A stretch of 64,000 bases of DNA from an uncultured Gammaproteobacteria bacterium (GCA_964521295.1 CAZFRF010000001.1:270146-334145); one strand, 5' to 3'. Shown: positions 1-13,302, numbered from the stretch's first letter. A program made the numbers and translations. Notes: a model not told the origin generated them from the letters alone.

Positions 1-3000
1 ATTGCCATTACTGATCATGGCAATATGTACGGTGTTATTAATTTTTATAAAACCTGCGTCGCAGAAGGCATAAAACCAATCATAGGAGCAGAAATTTACA
101 TAGCCAAGAGATCTATGCACGACAAAGAAGCAGGAATTGATGGGGATTCAAATCATTTAGTACTCCTTGCCAAAAATCTAAATGGTTATAAAAATCTTAT
201 GAAAATTATTTCAGCCGCAGGACTTGAAGGCTACTATTACAAGCCTAGGACAGATTTAGATCTACTTGCAAAATATAGTAAAGATTTAATTTGTTTAAGT
301 GCCTGTGTCAATGGTTTTGTTTCTGACCCTCTTCTCCATGGAAAAGAAAAGTTGGCCGAAGAAAGAGCTCAAAAATTAAATGAGATTTTTGGTCAAGGTA
401 ATTTTTACTTAGAGCTACAAAAACATATCCATGTTCCAGATCAAGAAATTTTAAATCCAAAGCTTGCAGCTTTAGGCAAAAAATTAGGAATTCCTTTAGT
501 TGCAACAAACGATAACCATTACACCAAACCTGATGATGCTGAGGCTCAAGAAGCTTTACTATGTATCCAAACTCAATCAACACTAGATACTCCTGGTAGG
601 AAATTATCTATGATCGACTCCCCTGATTTCTATATCAAAAGTCCAGAAGAAATGACTGGACTTTTTGTCGATTATCCAGAAGCAATTGAGAATACAGTCA
701 AAATTGCTGACATGTGTAACGTGGAAATAACTTTAGGCAAATGGATCATGCCTATCTTTGAAGTTCCAGGCGGAAAAACTGCAGCTGACTATATGAAAGA
801 AAAAGTAGATGAGGGACTTATTAAAAGATATGGTGAAATAACAGCAGAAATTGCTGAAAGACGTGATTACGAATTATCAATTATTTTGGGTAAAGGGTAT
901 GAAACCTATATTCTAATCGTTGCTGACTTTGTTAACTGGGCAAAATCTAACGGTATTACAGTTGGTCCAGGAAGAGGATCGAATGCTGGCTCAATTGTTT
1001 CTTACGCCCTATCAATCTCAGATATTGATCCTTTATTTTTCAAATTACCATTTGAAAGGTTCTTAAATCCTATGCGTCCTTCCCCACCTGATATAGATTT
1101 AGATTTTGCAGACAACAGAAGAGACGAAGTTATTGAATACGTAAGGAGTAAGTATGGACGCGACAAGGTTGCTCAAATTATTACTTTTGGAACGATGGAG
1201 GCAAGAGGCTCTGTTAGAGATATTGGAAGAGTTCTGGGTTACCCATACGCTGTCCCAGATAGAATTTCAAAAATGATACCACCAGGCTGGCAGGGCCATG
1301 CTATGACGATTGATAAAGCTCTAGAACAAAGTCCTGGGCTTAAAATCGCCTACACGATGGAAGACGAAACAAAAAGAATGCTTGATCTTGCTAGGAAAGT
1401 AGAAGGAGTTGCAAGACATGCATCTGTTCATGCAGCAGGTGTTGTTATTGCTGATAAGGATATTACTGAATATACACCGCTTCAAAGAGAAACAAATGGT
1501 GAAAAAATTATTTCTCAATACGATATGTATAGCATTGGTGAAGATGGAGTAGGACTTTTAAAAATCGATTTTTTAGGGTTAAGAAACTTAACTATTATTC
1601 AAGAAGCTTTAAAATTTATTCAAGCCAATCAAAACATTGAAGTTGATTTTTCAAAAATCTCTTTTGAAGATAAAAAAACCTATGAACTACTCGCATCAGG
1701 TGAAACAACCGGAATTTTCCAGCTTGAATCGGCTGGAATGCGAAGATATATTAAAGAATTAAAACCTACCACTATTTTTGACCTTCAAGCAATGGTCGCC
1801 TTATACAGACCTGGCCCTATGGCTAATATCCCAGAATTTATTAAACGAAAAAATAATCCCAAATTAATCACTTATCCTGACCCAAGACTTGAAGACATTC
1901 TCAAAGAATCATATGGAATTATTACCTTCCAAGACGACATGCTCCTAACTGCTATCAAAGTTGCCGGATACTCCTGGTTAACAGCAGATAAGCTTAGAAA
2001 AGCTGTGGGTAAAAAAATTCCTGCTGAAATGAGAAAACAACATGAGAGCTTTGTTGCAGGCTGTGTTGAAAATGGAATGAAAAAAGATAAAGCAGAAAAC
2101 CTTTGGACTCTATTTGAACCATTCGCAGGCTATGGTTTTGGCAAAGCTCATGCTGCTTGCTATGCAACTATTGCCTTTAGAACAGCCTATCTTAAAGCAC
2201 ACTACCCAGTAGAATTTATGACAGCCCTGCTTACTGCTGAATCAAGAGGCACAACTGGACCGGTTAAAAATGAAAAAATTTCTCAAGCAGTTGCTGAGTG
2301 TAAAAGATTAAAAATTGAAGTATTACCACCTGATATCAATAAATCTGAGGATGAATTCTCTATCGAAGATAATACTAAAATTCGTTTCGGTCTATCAGCG
2401 GTTAAAAATGTAGGCGAGGCTGCAATTTCAAACATAATTGAAAATCGATCTAAAGGCCTATTTAAAAGTTTTGAAGATTTCTGCAATCGAGTAGATCTTT
2501 CTACTATTAATAAAAAGACTGTTGAAAGCATAATTAAGGCTGGTGGAATGGATTCATTCGGCAAAAGAGCGAAGCTTTTGATTGATTATCCAGAAATTGT
2601 CGAAAAAGCCAATAAAAAGAAAAAGAAAGACACAGGTGGACAGGCAAGTCTTTTTGGTGATGATGACATGCCAGCTATAAAAACAGTAGCTAATTTAGAT
2701 ATTGATGATTTTTCTGAAAATGAAAAATTAAGTTTTGAAAAAGAATTCCTAGGTTTTTATTTAACAGCTCATCCGCAAATGGGTAACTTGCTTAAAATTA
2801 AAGAAAAGATTACGCACGAAATTCAAGCCTTAGAGGAAGAAAAACAAAACGCTAATGTAATTATAGGAGGCATTATTGAAACAGTCAGAAAAATCTTTAC
2901 CAAAAAATCTAATAAAGAAATGGCATTCATAACCATTGCTGATGAAAATGGAACTCTTATGGAATGCGTAGTTTTTCCCAAAATATTCGATTTATATAAA

Positions 3001-3114
3001 AATACTCTAGTTAAGGAAAATGTAATCCTTATTTCAGGAAAAGTTGACTCAAAAAATGATAAACCAGTAATAATTGTCGAGAAAATATCTAATTTTACTA
3101 GTTTAGCTTCTTGA
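1..3114 (+). CDS. dnaE: DNA polymerase III alpha subunit (DnaE), 5'-truncated at the window edge
   Basis: The reading frame is open from nt 1 (IAITDHGNMYG...), so the listed M at 25 is internal. PHP-domain motifs are present (ITDHGNM, NHLVLLAKN). The polymerase core (GYGFGKAHAACYA), fingers and OB-fold tail are recognisable over 1029 aa. Confidence 0.9.
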   Translation: MAITDHGNMYGVINFYKTCVAEGIKPIIGAEIYIAKRSMHDKEAGIDGDSNHLVLLAKNLNGYKNLMKIISAAGLEGYYYKPRTDLDLLAKYSKDLICLSACVNGFVSDPLLHGKEKLAEERAQKLNEIFGQGNFYLELQKHIHVPDQEILNPKLAALGKKLGIPLVATNDNHYTKPDDAEAQEALLCIQTQSTLDTPGRKLSMIDSPDFYIKSPEEMTGLFVDYPEAIENTVKIADMCNVEITLGKWIMPIFEVPGGKTAADYMKEKVDEGLIKRYGEITAEIAERRDYELSIILGKGYETYILIVADFVNWAKSNGITVGPGRGSNAGSIVSYALSISDIDPLFFKLPFERFLNPMRPSPPDIDLDFADNRRDEVIEYVRSKYGRDKVAQIITFGTMEARGSVRDIGRVLGYPYAVPDRISKMIPPGWQGHAMTIDKALEQSPGLKIAYTMEDETKRMLDLARKVEGVARHASVHAAGVVIADKDITEYTPLQRETNGEKIISQYDMYSIGEDGVGLLKIDFLGLRNLTIIQEALKFIQANQNIEVDFSKISFEDKKTYELLASGETTGIFQLESAGMRRYIKELKPTTIFDLQAMVALYRPGPMANIPEFIKRKNNPKLITYPDPRLEDILKESYGIITFQDDMLLTAIKVAGYSWLTADKLRKAVGKKIPAEMRKQHESFVAGCVENGMKKDKAENLWTLFEPFAGYGFGKAHAACYATIAFRTAYLKAHYPVEFMTALLTAESRGTTGPVKNEKISQAVAECKRLKIEVLPPDINKSEDEFSIEDNTKIRFGLSAVKNVGEAAISNIIENRSKGLFKSFEDFCNRVDLSTINKKTVESIIKAGGMDSFGKRAKLLIDYPEIVEKANKKKKKDTGGQASLFGDDDMPAIKTVANLDIDDFSENEKLSFEKEFLGFYLTAHPQMGNLLKIKEKITHEIQALEEEKQNANVIIGGIIETVRKIFTKKSNKEMAFITIADENGTLMECVVFPKIFDLYKNTLVKENVILISGKVDSKNDKPVIIVEKISNFTSLAS

Positions 3115-3145
3115 CGCAAGGCTATTTTATTCGTAAAATATAAGC

Positions 3146-3877
3146 ATGGTTTCATTCGCAGCAGAACCTATTATTCGTTTGGGCAATTTTGCTATAACTA
3201 ATACATTTTTGGATATGTTATTAGTTGACGCTATTATCATTGGCATTATTGCCTTAACTAGAAAAAAACTAGCTCTTATTCCTTCTAAGCTACAAATGTT
3301 TGTTGAAATATTAATCAGCGAATTCTATAGCATTACTGAGTCAGTTGCGGGAAAAAACAGCAATAAGATTTTTCCTTATTTTATGACTTTTTTCTTATTT
3401 ATCTTAATTGCCAACTGGACAGGTCTTATTCCAGGACTTACAGCAATTGGGCTTAAGCATGAAGAAGAAATAATTCCTTTCCTAAGACCATTAACTAGTG
3501 ATTTTAATGGAACCTTGGGTCTTGCTATAGTTTCAGCTGTTGCCACCCATGTCATGGCAATTCAAACTGTTGGTATAAGAGATTATTTGAGTAGATATTT
3601 ATCGTTTAATCCTTTATACTTATTCATTGGTACTCTGGAAATCATTTCTGAGCTCACTAAAATAGTTTCTCTATCCTTTAGACTGTTCGGAAATGTTTAC
3701 GCAGGAGAAGTAGTTATGCATACAGTTTCATCAATTTTTGCTTTTATATTCCCCCTTCCTTTCCTTTCTTTGGAATTTATTGTTGGACTTGTCCAAGCAT
3801 TAGTATTTTCTATGTTGACGATGGCATTTATGGCGATTTTAACAACGCCCCATCATGCTGAGGAGGTGAGTCATTAA
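3146..3877 (+). CDS. atpB: F0F1 ATP synthase subunit a
   Basis: Polytopic protein with the conserved a-subunit motif LSFRLFGNVYAGEVV containing the essential Arg. It is the first gene of the atp operon. Confidence 0.85.
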   Translation: MVSFAAEPIIRLGNFAITNTFLDMLLVDAIIIGIIALTRKKLALIPSKLQMFVEILISEFYSITESVAGKNSNKIFPYFMTFFLFILIANWTGLIPGLTAIGLKHEEEIIPFLRPLTSDFNGTLGLAIVSAVATHVMAIQTVGIRDYLSRYLSFNPLYLFIGTLEIISELTKIVSLSFRLFGNVYAGEVVMHTVSSIFAFIFPLPFLSLEFIVGLVQALVFSMLTMAFMAILTTPHHAEEVSH

Positions 3878-4083
3878 TGAATTTTAGTATCTCTGGAGGA
3901 TTAATTGTAGCACTTGGAGGTATTTTGCCAGCTTTAAGCATTGGTCTTATTGGAGCAAAAGCTATGGAAGCGATTGGTAGAAATCCAGAAGCATCTGGAA
4001 AAATTTTACCAGCTATGCTTTTAGGAATGGCATTTGCAGAAGCTATTGCAATTTACTCTTTAATTCTAGCTTTTACAAAATAA
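3877..4083 (+). CDS. atpE: F0F1 ATP synthase subunit c
   Basis: 68-aa hairpin proteolipid. The GRNPEA loop and the MAFAEAIAIY helix with the proton-binding carboxylate are present. Confidence 0.9.
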   Translation: MNFSISGGLIVALGGILPALSIGLIGAKAMEAIGRNPEASGKILPAMLLGMAFAEAIAIYSLILAFTK

Positions 4084-4092
4084 CAATAAAAT

Positions 4093-4596
4093 ATGGAAAT
4101 ATTACATAACTTTGGATTTGATTTACCAATGTTGGTAGCTCAAATCATAAACTTTCTTGTTATATTTTTTGTTCTGAAGAAGTTTTTATACAAACCTGTC
4201 ATGAACATGATGAAAACAAGAGAAGACAAAATAAACCAAGGTTTAAAACAAGCTGAAGAAGCTAGTGTTAAGCTGGAAAAAGCACTTGAAGAAGAGAAAA
4301 AAATTCTCTCTAAGGCGCAGGACGAAAGCCGCAAGTTAATTGAGGAAGCTAGAGCTGAGGCTTTGTCATTGAGTTCACAAATGGAAGAAAACGCAAGAAT
4401 TCAAACTCAAAAAATGCTTGATGACGCACGAGCTCAAATGACTCAAGAATCAGAAGAAATAGAAAAGAAAATTTCTCAAAAAGTCAGTGAGCTTGCGGTG
4501 GAAATGCTTTCCAACTCTCTTAAGGGTGTATTTACAGAAAAAGATCAAAAAGCATTTTTAGATAAAGCTTTAAAGAAAGTAAAGAAAACCAACTAA
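4093..4596 (+). CDS. atpF: F0F1 ATP synthase subunit b
   Basis: N-terminal TM helix followed by a long charged Ala/Glu/Lys-rich coiled coil. Operon position is between c and delta. Confidence 0.7.
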   Translation: MEILHNFGFDLPMLVAQIINFLVIFFVLKKFLYKPVMNMMKTREDKINQGLKQAEEASVKLEKALEEEKKILSKAQDESRKLIEEARAEALSLSSQMEENARIQTQKMLDDARAQMTQESEEIEKKISQKVSELAVEMLSNSLKGVFTEKDQKAFLDKALKKVKKTN

Positions 4597-4940
4597 TGAA
4601 ATTAAGTGAAATTAAAAAATTAGCTCAAGCAAGTTATAAGAAAAATGAATTAAATGAAGAGATTGTCCTAAAAATTGCCAAGAACTTAACAAGAAGCGAA
4701 CTAAGACAATATATTAAAGAACTAAAGCTAATTGAGGCTAAAAACACAGTTAAAGTTTTTGTCTCTTCAAAATCTAGAGCTTTAGAAGTAGAATTAAGAA
4801 AGATTTTTAATTCTAAAAAAGTCGAGTTTACAGAAGACAAAAATTTAATAGCTGGAATTAAGATAGTAGATTTTGATAAAATCTATGAGGTGAATTTAAA
4901 AAATACCTTAGATTCAATGGTTGAATATATAAATAAATAA
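4596..4940 (+). CDS. atpH: F0F1 ATP synthase delta (OSCP) subunit, unusually short (114 aa)
   Basis: Position between atpF and atpA. The C-terminal [25 protein letters not shown] resembles the conserved delta C-terminus (GG..I..GD.V.D.S....L..L). The N-terminal helical domain appears reduced. Confidence 0.5.
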   Translation: MKLSEIKKLAQASYKKNELNEEIVLKIAKNLTRSELRQYIKELKLIEAKNTVKVFVSSKSRALEVELRKIFNSKKVEFTEDKNLIAGIKIVDFDKIYEVNLKNTLDSMVEYINK

Positions 4941-4941
4941 T

Positions 4942-6465
4942 ATGAAAACAAGCGATCAAATCTTACAACAATTAGAAAAAAAGCTAGCAAGCTTTGACCA
5001 ACAGATTGGCTCAAAAAATGTCGGTATAGTTGAAAAAAATACTGACGGCGTTATTGTTGCAACTGGTCTCTCAGAAGCTCAAATGGGAGAATTGGTCGAA
5101 TTTGAAAACAAAAGTAAGGGCGTTATTTTAAACCTAGATCAAGATAATGTTTCGATTATCCACTTAGATAAGGCAACTAACATTAAGGAGGGAGATACTG
5201 TAAAAAGAACCGAAAGGCTTTTGAGTATTGAGGTATCAGAAGAACTTTTCGGCAGAGTTATCAATCCACTTGGGGCTCCACTTGATGGTAAACCAGCAAT
5301 CAAAAAAGGCAAATTTATGCCACTTGAGCGAATTGCAGCTGGAGTTGTTGAAAGAGAGCCAGTTACTTCCCCGCTTAAAACTGGAATTAAAGCTATTGAT
5401 GCTATGATTCCAATCGGAAGAGGTCAAAGAGAATTAATTATCGGCGACAGAGGTACAGGTAAAACAGCTGTTGCAATTGACACAATAATTAACCAAAAAT
5501 CTACACATAAAAATAAAAATGTAAGACCTGTTTTCTGTATTTATGTAGCAATTGGTCAAAAACAAAGCACTATTGCTCAAGTTGTTGAAAAGCTTAAGGA
5601 AACCGGTGCACTTGACTATACAATCGTTGTAGCAGCATCTGCATCTGATCCAGCAGCACTTCTCTACCTTGCTCCATATGCAGGAGTTTCAATTGCAGAA
5701 TACTTCATGGAAAAAGGCCAAGATGTTTTAGTTGTTTATGACGATTTAACTAAACATGCTTGGGCGTACAGACAAATTACCTTAGTTTTGAAAAGACCTG
5801 CAGGCCGTGAAGCCTATCCAGGAGATATTTTCTACCTTCACAGTAGACTCTTAGAAAGAGCTGTTAAGTTGAATAAGGAAAATGGCGGTGGATCCATTAC
5901 AGCCTTACCTATTATTGAAACTCAGGCCAATGATTTAAGTGCCTACATTCCAACCAATGTTATCTCAATTACTGATGGACAAATCTTCTTTCTAACTGAC
6001 CTTTTCTATAGCGGTATTAGACCAGCTATTGATGCAGGAAATTCAGTTTCAAGAGTCGGTGGAGCTGCGCAAACTGGAACAATTAAATCCGTTGCAGGCA
6101 AAATGAGACTCGAACTTGCACAATACAATAACTTAGCAGCCTTTGCTCAATTTGGAAGCGATTTAGACGAGGCAACAGCCAAGCAGTTAGATCGCGGCAA
6201 GAAAACAATTGAACTTTTAAAACAACCACAATATCAACCTTTATCTGAAGCTTTGGAATATTTAAGTATTTACCTTGCTGCTAATGGTCTATTAGACGAT
6301 ATTTCCTTAGAAAACGTTTTAAGATTTGAATCAGAATATCATGATTATATGACCAGAAAAAATCCAAAGATTTTAGAAGAACTCTCAACCGGTACAAAAC
6401 CAAATGAAGAACTTCTTAAAAAGTTAGAAAAATCTGTTACAGAATTTAAAAAGATGTTCAAATAA
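4942..6465 (+). CDS. atpA: F0F1 ATP synthase alpha subunit
   Basis: Walker A GDRGTGKT plus the alpha-specific [14 protein letters not shown] and the C-terminal helical domain. 507 aa. Confidence 0.95.
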   Translation: MKTSDQILQQLEKKLASFDQQIGSKNVGIVEKNTDGVIVATGLSEAQMGELVEFENKSKGVILNLDQDNVSIIHLDKATNIKEGDTVKRTERLLSIEVSEELFGRVINPLGAPLDGKPAIKKGKFMPLERIAAGVVEREPVTSPLKTGIKAIDAMIPIGRGQRELIIGDRGTGKTAVAIDTIINQKSTHKNKNVRPVFCIYVAIGQKQSTIAQVVEKLKETGALDYTIVVAASASDPAALLYLAPYAGVSIAEYFMEKGQDVLVVYDDLTKHAWAYRQITLVLKRPAGREAYPGDIFYLHSRLLERAVKLNKENGGGSITALPIIETQANDLSAYIPTNVISITDGQIFFLTDLFYSGIRPAIDAGNSVSRVGGAAQTGTIKSVAGKMRLELAQYNNLAAFAQFGSDLDEATAKQLDRGKKTIELLKQPQYQPLSEALEYLSIYLAANGLLDDISLENVLRFESEYHDYMTRKNPKILEELSTGTKPNEELLKKLEKSVTEFKKMFK

Positions 6466-6468
6466 ACT

Positions 6469-8703
<2,235 letters not shown>

Positions 8704-8704
<1 letters not shown>

Positions 8705-9120
8705 TGAAACTAACTCTTGAAGTAATAACTCCAGCTAAAATAGTTCTTTCTGAGGAAGTTGATGAAATTACAGTTAGCACTACTAACGGTGAAATTAGTA
8801 TTCTTCCAAATCATATTGATTTATTAACTAAACTTGTACCTGGAGAGATGGTAATTAGAACAGGTTCAAAAATGCAAAGCTTTGCTGTTACCGGTGGCTT
8901 CCTAGAAGTCTCTAAGAATAAGGTTACTATTCTAGCTGACTATGCAGTCAGAGCAACTGAAATTGAAGTTGCTAGGGCACGTGAAGCCCAAGAGAGGGCA
9001 GAAAAAATAATGAAGAACAAAGAAGACAATAAAGAATTTATTATTGCAGAAGCGGAGCTTAGAAAGGCACTTCTAGAATTAAAAGTTGCGAATAAACATA
9101 GAACCAAATCCACTTCGTAA
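8704..9120 (+). CDS. atpC: F0F1 ATP synthase epsilon subunit
   Basis: 138 aa. N-terminal beta-sandwich (LEVITP..IV....V.EI.V.T..GE..ILPNH) and a C-terminal helical hairpin. It is the last gene of the operon. Confidence 0.8.
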
Positions 9121-9159
9121 ATTTGCTCTTTGCCTCTTAATTTCATAAAATATACCCAA

Positions 9160-9231
9160 GCCGAAGTAACTCAGTGGTAGAGTAGCTCTTTCGTAAAGAG
9201 CAAGCCGTGAGTTCAAGTCTCACCTTCGGCT
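9160..9231 (+). tRNA. tRNA-Thr (anticodon CGU)
   Basis: Manually folded cloverleaf. Acceptor stem GCCGAAG/CTTCGGC, D-stem ACTC/GAGT, anticodon stem GCTCT/AGAGC with loop TTCGTAA (anticodon CGT), T-stem GTGAG/CTCAC with TTCAAGT loop, discriminator T. CCA is not encoded. Confidence 0.85.
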
Positions 9232-9235
9232 CAAA

Positions 9236-9791
9236 TATGGAAGATAAGCAAATTTTTAAAGGTACTACAGAAAAGAATCTAGAACTTATAATTAGGTATC
9301 CAGTTAAATCGGATGTAGAAATTATGCTTAATTATATAAATACTCTATCTGATGAACGTACATTTATTACCTATCAGGGAGAACATGAAACCTTAGAATC
9401 TGAAACAAGATTTCTCGAAGAAAAACTTAAAAATATCGAAAACAAATCTGAGATCTTTTTACTTGCCTTCTCCGGAGATCAACTCGCTGGCATTACTTGG
9501 ATAGGAATGAGCAAAAAAACAGCCAAACACGTAGGCATATTAGGCATCTCGGTTGCCAAACAATTTAGAAATAAAGGAGTCGGAAAACAATTAATGACTA
9601 CAGTAATTGAAGAGGCAACAAAACAAATCTCAAGACTTGAAATTATTACCCTAGAGGTATATTCTAAAAATCTAGTTGCCCTTGAGCTATATAATGAATT
9701 TGGATTTATTGAATACGGCAATTTACCTAATGGCGTAAAACGAGAAGATGAATATGATAACGCTATATTTATGTATAAAAAAATAAAATGA
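9236..9791 (+). CDS. GNAT family N-acetyltransferase
   Basis: Acetyl-CoA binding motif FRNKGVGKQLM (Q/R-x-x-G-x-G/A). The start was moved to the ATG at 9236 (MEDKQ...) because the listed start at 9207 lies inside the tRNA-Thr gene. Confidence 0.75.
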
Positions 9792-10498
9792 GAAGACGAT
9801 CAAGATTATCAAGCTCACAAGAAAAAAAGAACAAAAAAACTATAATTTTTAGCATAATAGGCATCTTAATTATTGTTATCATCATGTATAAATTTGGCGT
9901 TGAAGCATTAATCAACTTCAGTCTCTTCTTAGGAGGCGGAAAAGACTCTCAAGCAACAACCAACACCAAGCAAATCGACTATGTTTCCCCTCCCATAATC
10001 AACTCCCTTCCTTCAGCTACAAATAGCGCATCAATAATAATTACAGGCTCTGCAAAAAAAGGACAAACAATTGAGCTTTATATCAACAGGACTAAAAAAG
10101 CTACAATGACTAAAATTGATAAGGATGGATTCGAATTTACCCAAGATCTAAAAAAAGGTGAAAATCTAATTCAAGTTAAAGCCAAAGAAGAAGATAAGGA
10201 AAGTGATTTTTCTAACTTTTACACTGTTAACTTTCAAAATGAACCACCCAAGCTTGAACTATCCTCACCCGCGGATGGAGATTCATTTCACAGAGAAGAT
10301 AAATCAGCCAATGTAAGAGGTCAAACAGATGCCGGAGTAACTGTTACAGTCAATGGATTTTTTGCGGTAATTGATGAAAGTAATAATTTTTCTTATACAC
10401 TCCCCCTTCACGATGGAGACAATGATATTCAAATAATTGCCCAAGATCAAGCAGGTAATAAAACAGAAAAGAAAATTAGAGTTAACTATTCTCAGTAA
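9788..10498 (+). CDS. Membrane-anchored protein with two tandem Ig-like (Big-type) repeats
   Basis: N-terminal basic stretch plus a TM helix (IIFSIIGILIIVIIMY). There are two about 70-aa repeats with the pattern GQT..G..V.VNG.........F.....L..G.N.I.I.A.D.AGN. Confidence 0.5.
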   Translation: MRRRSRLSSSQEKKNKKTIIFSIIGILIIVIIMYKFGVEALINFSLFLGGGKDSQATTNTKQIDYVSPPIINSLPSATNSASIIITGSAKKGQTIELYINRTKKATMTKIDKDGFEFTQDLKKGENLIQVKAKEEDKESDFSNFYTVNFQNEPPKLELSSPADGDSFHREDKSANVRGQTDAGVTVTVNGFFAVIDESNNFSYTLPLHDGDNDIQIIAQDQAGNKTEKKIRVNYSQ

Positions 10499-11675
10499 TT
10501 CCAATATATATCCATAAAAACTGCATTATATATACATAAAATAGACTATTAATAAATTGACTATTTGCAATTAAACCAACGATTATCGCAACTACAACTA
10601 CGGCCATCTTATTATTTCTTTTTATTTTTGTTAACGCAAAAATCTTTGACAATAAAAATAAATAAATAGTAAGCCCAATTAAACCGGTCGTCGCAATTAC
10701 AAAAAGAAAGCTATTATCCGTACCCGCACCGGCATGCGTTGTCTCCCACTTAGCGTCATTTACTATTCCGTAATCAAACATCACATATCTAAATGCATTA
10801 AAACCTACACCATAAATTAAATTTTGATCAATTATCTTAAGTGCTGCCTTAGCCGAATCAAGCCTAGCTTCTGAGGAAGCTATTCTAAATAAATTTGTGC
10901 CTTCGGTTTGAAAAGATTTAGGTGAAAAAATAGCTAATATTATTAACAAAAACGTAAACAAAACAAGTAATCTTTTTTTGCCAATTAAAATTAAATAAGC
11001 AACCAAAGAAACAACTAACATAACCAAGGCACTTCTGGAAAAGGTTAAGTATATTTCAATGAAATTAAGGGTTAATAATGAAAAGAGCAATACAATCTTT
11101 ATGTAACTTTTACTTTTATATATTTCAAACAGTAAATTTAGTAAAAAGATAAAAGTAATAACCAAAAAAGCCCCTGCGAAATTTGGATCCAAAAATGAGC
11201 CGAATAATCTGTATAAATGCTCATCCCAACCAAGGTAGTATAAATTTCTTAAGCTTTGATAAAAGTTATACTGTATAAGACCAAACCCCAAAATAACCGT
11301 TATAGGTATTAATAAAAAATATTTTATTCTTTTTACAAATTCTTTATCGAAACTACCTATTATGAAATATACTGAAGCATAAAGTATCCAACGAACTAAA
11401 TATAAAGACGAAACAAAAAGTGAATCAATGTCTAGTCTATAAGCATTTAACGCTAATGAAATAATACAGACAGCAATAAACAGCAGTATGGGTTTAGTAA
11501 GATAATATTTTTTAAAACTAATCTTTTTGTTTTGAAAAATGACCCATGTAAATAAATTTGTTAATAATAAAATGTCATTAAGCGTAAATGCAATTGATCC
11601 AAGTTGAATCCTTCCAATTTCTGCAATTGGGAAAATTAATAAACTAATTAAAAAGGAAAATTTTAATAAACCCAT
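10482..11675 (-). CDS. O-antigen ligase / Wzy_C family polytopic membrane protein
   Basis: About 10-12 predicted TM helices. Wzy_C-like conserved Arg (LTFSRSALV), the GVGFNAF motif and the C-terminal HAGAGTDNSFLFVIATTGLIGL (H..N..L.....GLIG) resemble WaaL/O-antigen polymerase signatures. Confidence 0.5.
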   Translation of the reverse strand: MGLLKFSFLISLLIFPIAEIGRIQLGSIAFTLNDILLLTNLFTWVIFQNKKISFKKYYLTKPILLFIAVCIISLALNAYRLDIDSLFVSSLYLVRWILYASVYFIIGSFDKEFVKRIKYFLLIPITVILGFGLIQYNFYQSLRNLYYLGWDEHLYRLFGSFLDPNFAGAFLVITFIFLLNLLFEIYKSKSYIKIVLLFSLLTLNFIEIYLTFSRSALVMLVVSLVAYLILIGKKRLLVLFTFLLIILAIFSPKSFQTEGTNLFRIASSEARLDSAKAALKIIDQNLIYGVGFNAFRYVMFDYGIVNDAKWETTHAGAGTDNSFLFVIATTGLIGLTIYLFLLSKIFALTKIKRNNKMAVVVVAIIVGLIANSQFINSLFYVYIMQFLWIYIGITENS

Positions 11676-11681
11676 ATTTTA

Positions 11682-13235
11682 TTATTTTGAATAGATTTTA
11701 ACATTTGTAACTAGATTTGTATGAATTAATTTCCAATTTCTAAACTCATTTGGCAAAGCTGTATTTTGAACTGCAATATATTTAAATCTATCACCCTTTT
11801 TATAATACGAGTAGTCAATAAAATTAAAATTTGCATAATATAAGTTATGAAATCCAATGGTTAATACCGTATCATTTTCCCCTAGATTAGTTTTAAAAAA
11901 ATTATCCGTATCATAAAAATCTCCAAAAGAAAAATTTAAATGTTTTACTAAAAATTGATCTTTTGTTTCTAAACCAACAATGTATGGCATGTATTTAACG
12001 CTTGCAATAAATCTATAAACTGTTGAGAAAATTGCAATGAAAATTAATAAAATAAACAATATATTTTTTAATACTTTAAATTCAAGCGAGTTATATACTA
12101 CTATAACCAGAATTGAAAAACCTGCAAGATAAGGCAGTAGGTACCTTGCGCCTCCAATTTGCCCGATTATATACCAAGTAACTAAACTTAATATGCAATA
12201 TAAAATCATTACCTTATTATTAAAATTTAACTTCTTATAAACAATAAGCAACAATGGGAAAATAATTATGTATAGTGGATTTATTGGATCAGAACTAAAT
12301 ACCCAAACGCTTATAAAACTTAATAAATCAAAAGAATGAGTAAATACAATTGATTTGGTAAATAAGGGGTAAAATGGATTTCCTGTGTTTAAATATGGAA
12401 TTATTAAACTTGGTAAAACAATAACAAAGGAAATAAATATAAATATGATCAAATATCTTAAAAACGAAATTAATTTTATTTTTTGGTAGTAAAAGACTAC
12501 AAGCAATAAACTGGAATAAATAAAAAGTGAAGAAACTGCTGACAACTTTACACAGATAGATAAGCCAACAAATAATCCCAAAAAAAAGATACTTTTGAAG
12601 GATTTTCTATTAATAAATTCAATAAAATAAGTTAGGGATAAGACCTCAAAAAATAACCATGCCAAATCCACATAGCTTGTATTAAGCTCCCATGCAAAAA
12701 CTAAATTCGAAGACAGAATAAGCGTTGATAGTAAAGATAGTTTTTCAGAAAAAAATTTACGTGATAGATTATAAATTGCAACTAATGCTAATATTCCAAA
12801 TAAAAAATGGATAATCTTTGTAGTAATTTCACTACCAAACATTAATGCAGGAATATACAGAATATCAACTAATTTTGGCATATCAGAATAATAAAAAAGA
12901 TTTCCTGGTATGTGGAAAATCATATGATGAGCTATAAAAATTTTGGGAATAGTTAAGTGATACCATAAGGCGTCAAATCCAATTTCTGGAGCAATTGTAC
13001 CGATTGAATAGATAGTTAATTGAATAAAAAGCAAAACAAGAAGTAATAAATTAGTTTTAATTTTTAAAATATTAGTTATTCTTAAATTAACTTTTAATTT
13101 AGTTAAAATAACTATGCAAAATACTAAATAGAAACCGGTTAATAGTAAAACATTTTGCGGATAAAGAAGCTTAAAAATTCCTAAAAAATAAATTAAATAT
13201 GAATAGATTCCAATTAATATTGCTATTTTAGACAT
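11682..13235 (-). CDS. Polytopic membrane protein, GT-C fold glycosyltransferase-like (ArnT/PMT-like)
   Basis: 517 aa with more than 12 hydrophobic helices and a C-terminal soluble domain. An early periplasmic-loop acidic motif (IGFDALWYH) and paralogy in architecture with 16252-17805 and 40820-42436. No catalytic motif was confirmed. Confidence 0.4.
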   Translation of the reverse strand: MSKIAILIGIYSYLIYFLGIFKLLYPQNVLLLTGFYLVFCIVILTKLKVNLRITNILKIKTNLLLLVLLFIQLTIYSIGTIAPEIGFDALWYHLTIPKIFIAHHMIFHIPGNLFYYSDMPKLVDILYIPALMFGSEITTKIIHFLFGILALVAIYNLSRKFFSEKLSLLSTLILSSNLVFAWELNTSYVDLAWLFFEVLSLTYFIEFINRKSFKSIFFLGLFVGLSICVKLSAVSSLFIYSSLLLVVFYYQKIKLISFLRYLIIFIFISFVIVLPSLIIPYLNTGNPFYPLFTKSIVFTHSFDLLSFISVWVFSSDPINPLYIIIFPLLLIVYKKLNFNNKVMILYCILSLVTWYIIGQIGGARYLLPYLAGFSILVIVVYNSLEFKVLKNILFILLIFIAIFSTVYRFIASVKYMPYIVGLETKDQFLVKHLNFSFGDFYDTDNFFKTNLGENDTVLTIGFHNLYYANFNFIDYSYYKKGDRFKYIAVQNTALPNEFRNWKLIHTNLVTNVKIYSK

Positions 13236-13302
13236 ATGTTTATTTTACAAAGTAAATTTAAAAAATAAATTAACAATATTATTAAAGAATAAACAATAAA
13301 TG

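Noticed and set aside
308-583. Antisense ORFs inside dnaE (this one, plus 1321-1518, 2283-2564 and 2823-3155)
   Set aside because: They lie fully inside a strongly conserved sense-strand gene and have low-complexity products. They are typical spurious frames.
2581-2640. Lys-rich run (NKKKKKDTGG) and poly-A tract in dnaE
   Set aside because: It is in-frame within an intact ORF, so it is a low-complexity linker rather than a slippery or frameshift site or a pseudogene signature.
9207-9235. N-terminal extension of the GNAT ORF (MSSSLTFGSN...)
   Set aside because: It overlaps the 3' half of the tRNA-Thr gene. The ATG at 9236 gives a clean start immediately after the tRNA.
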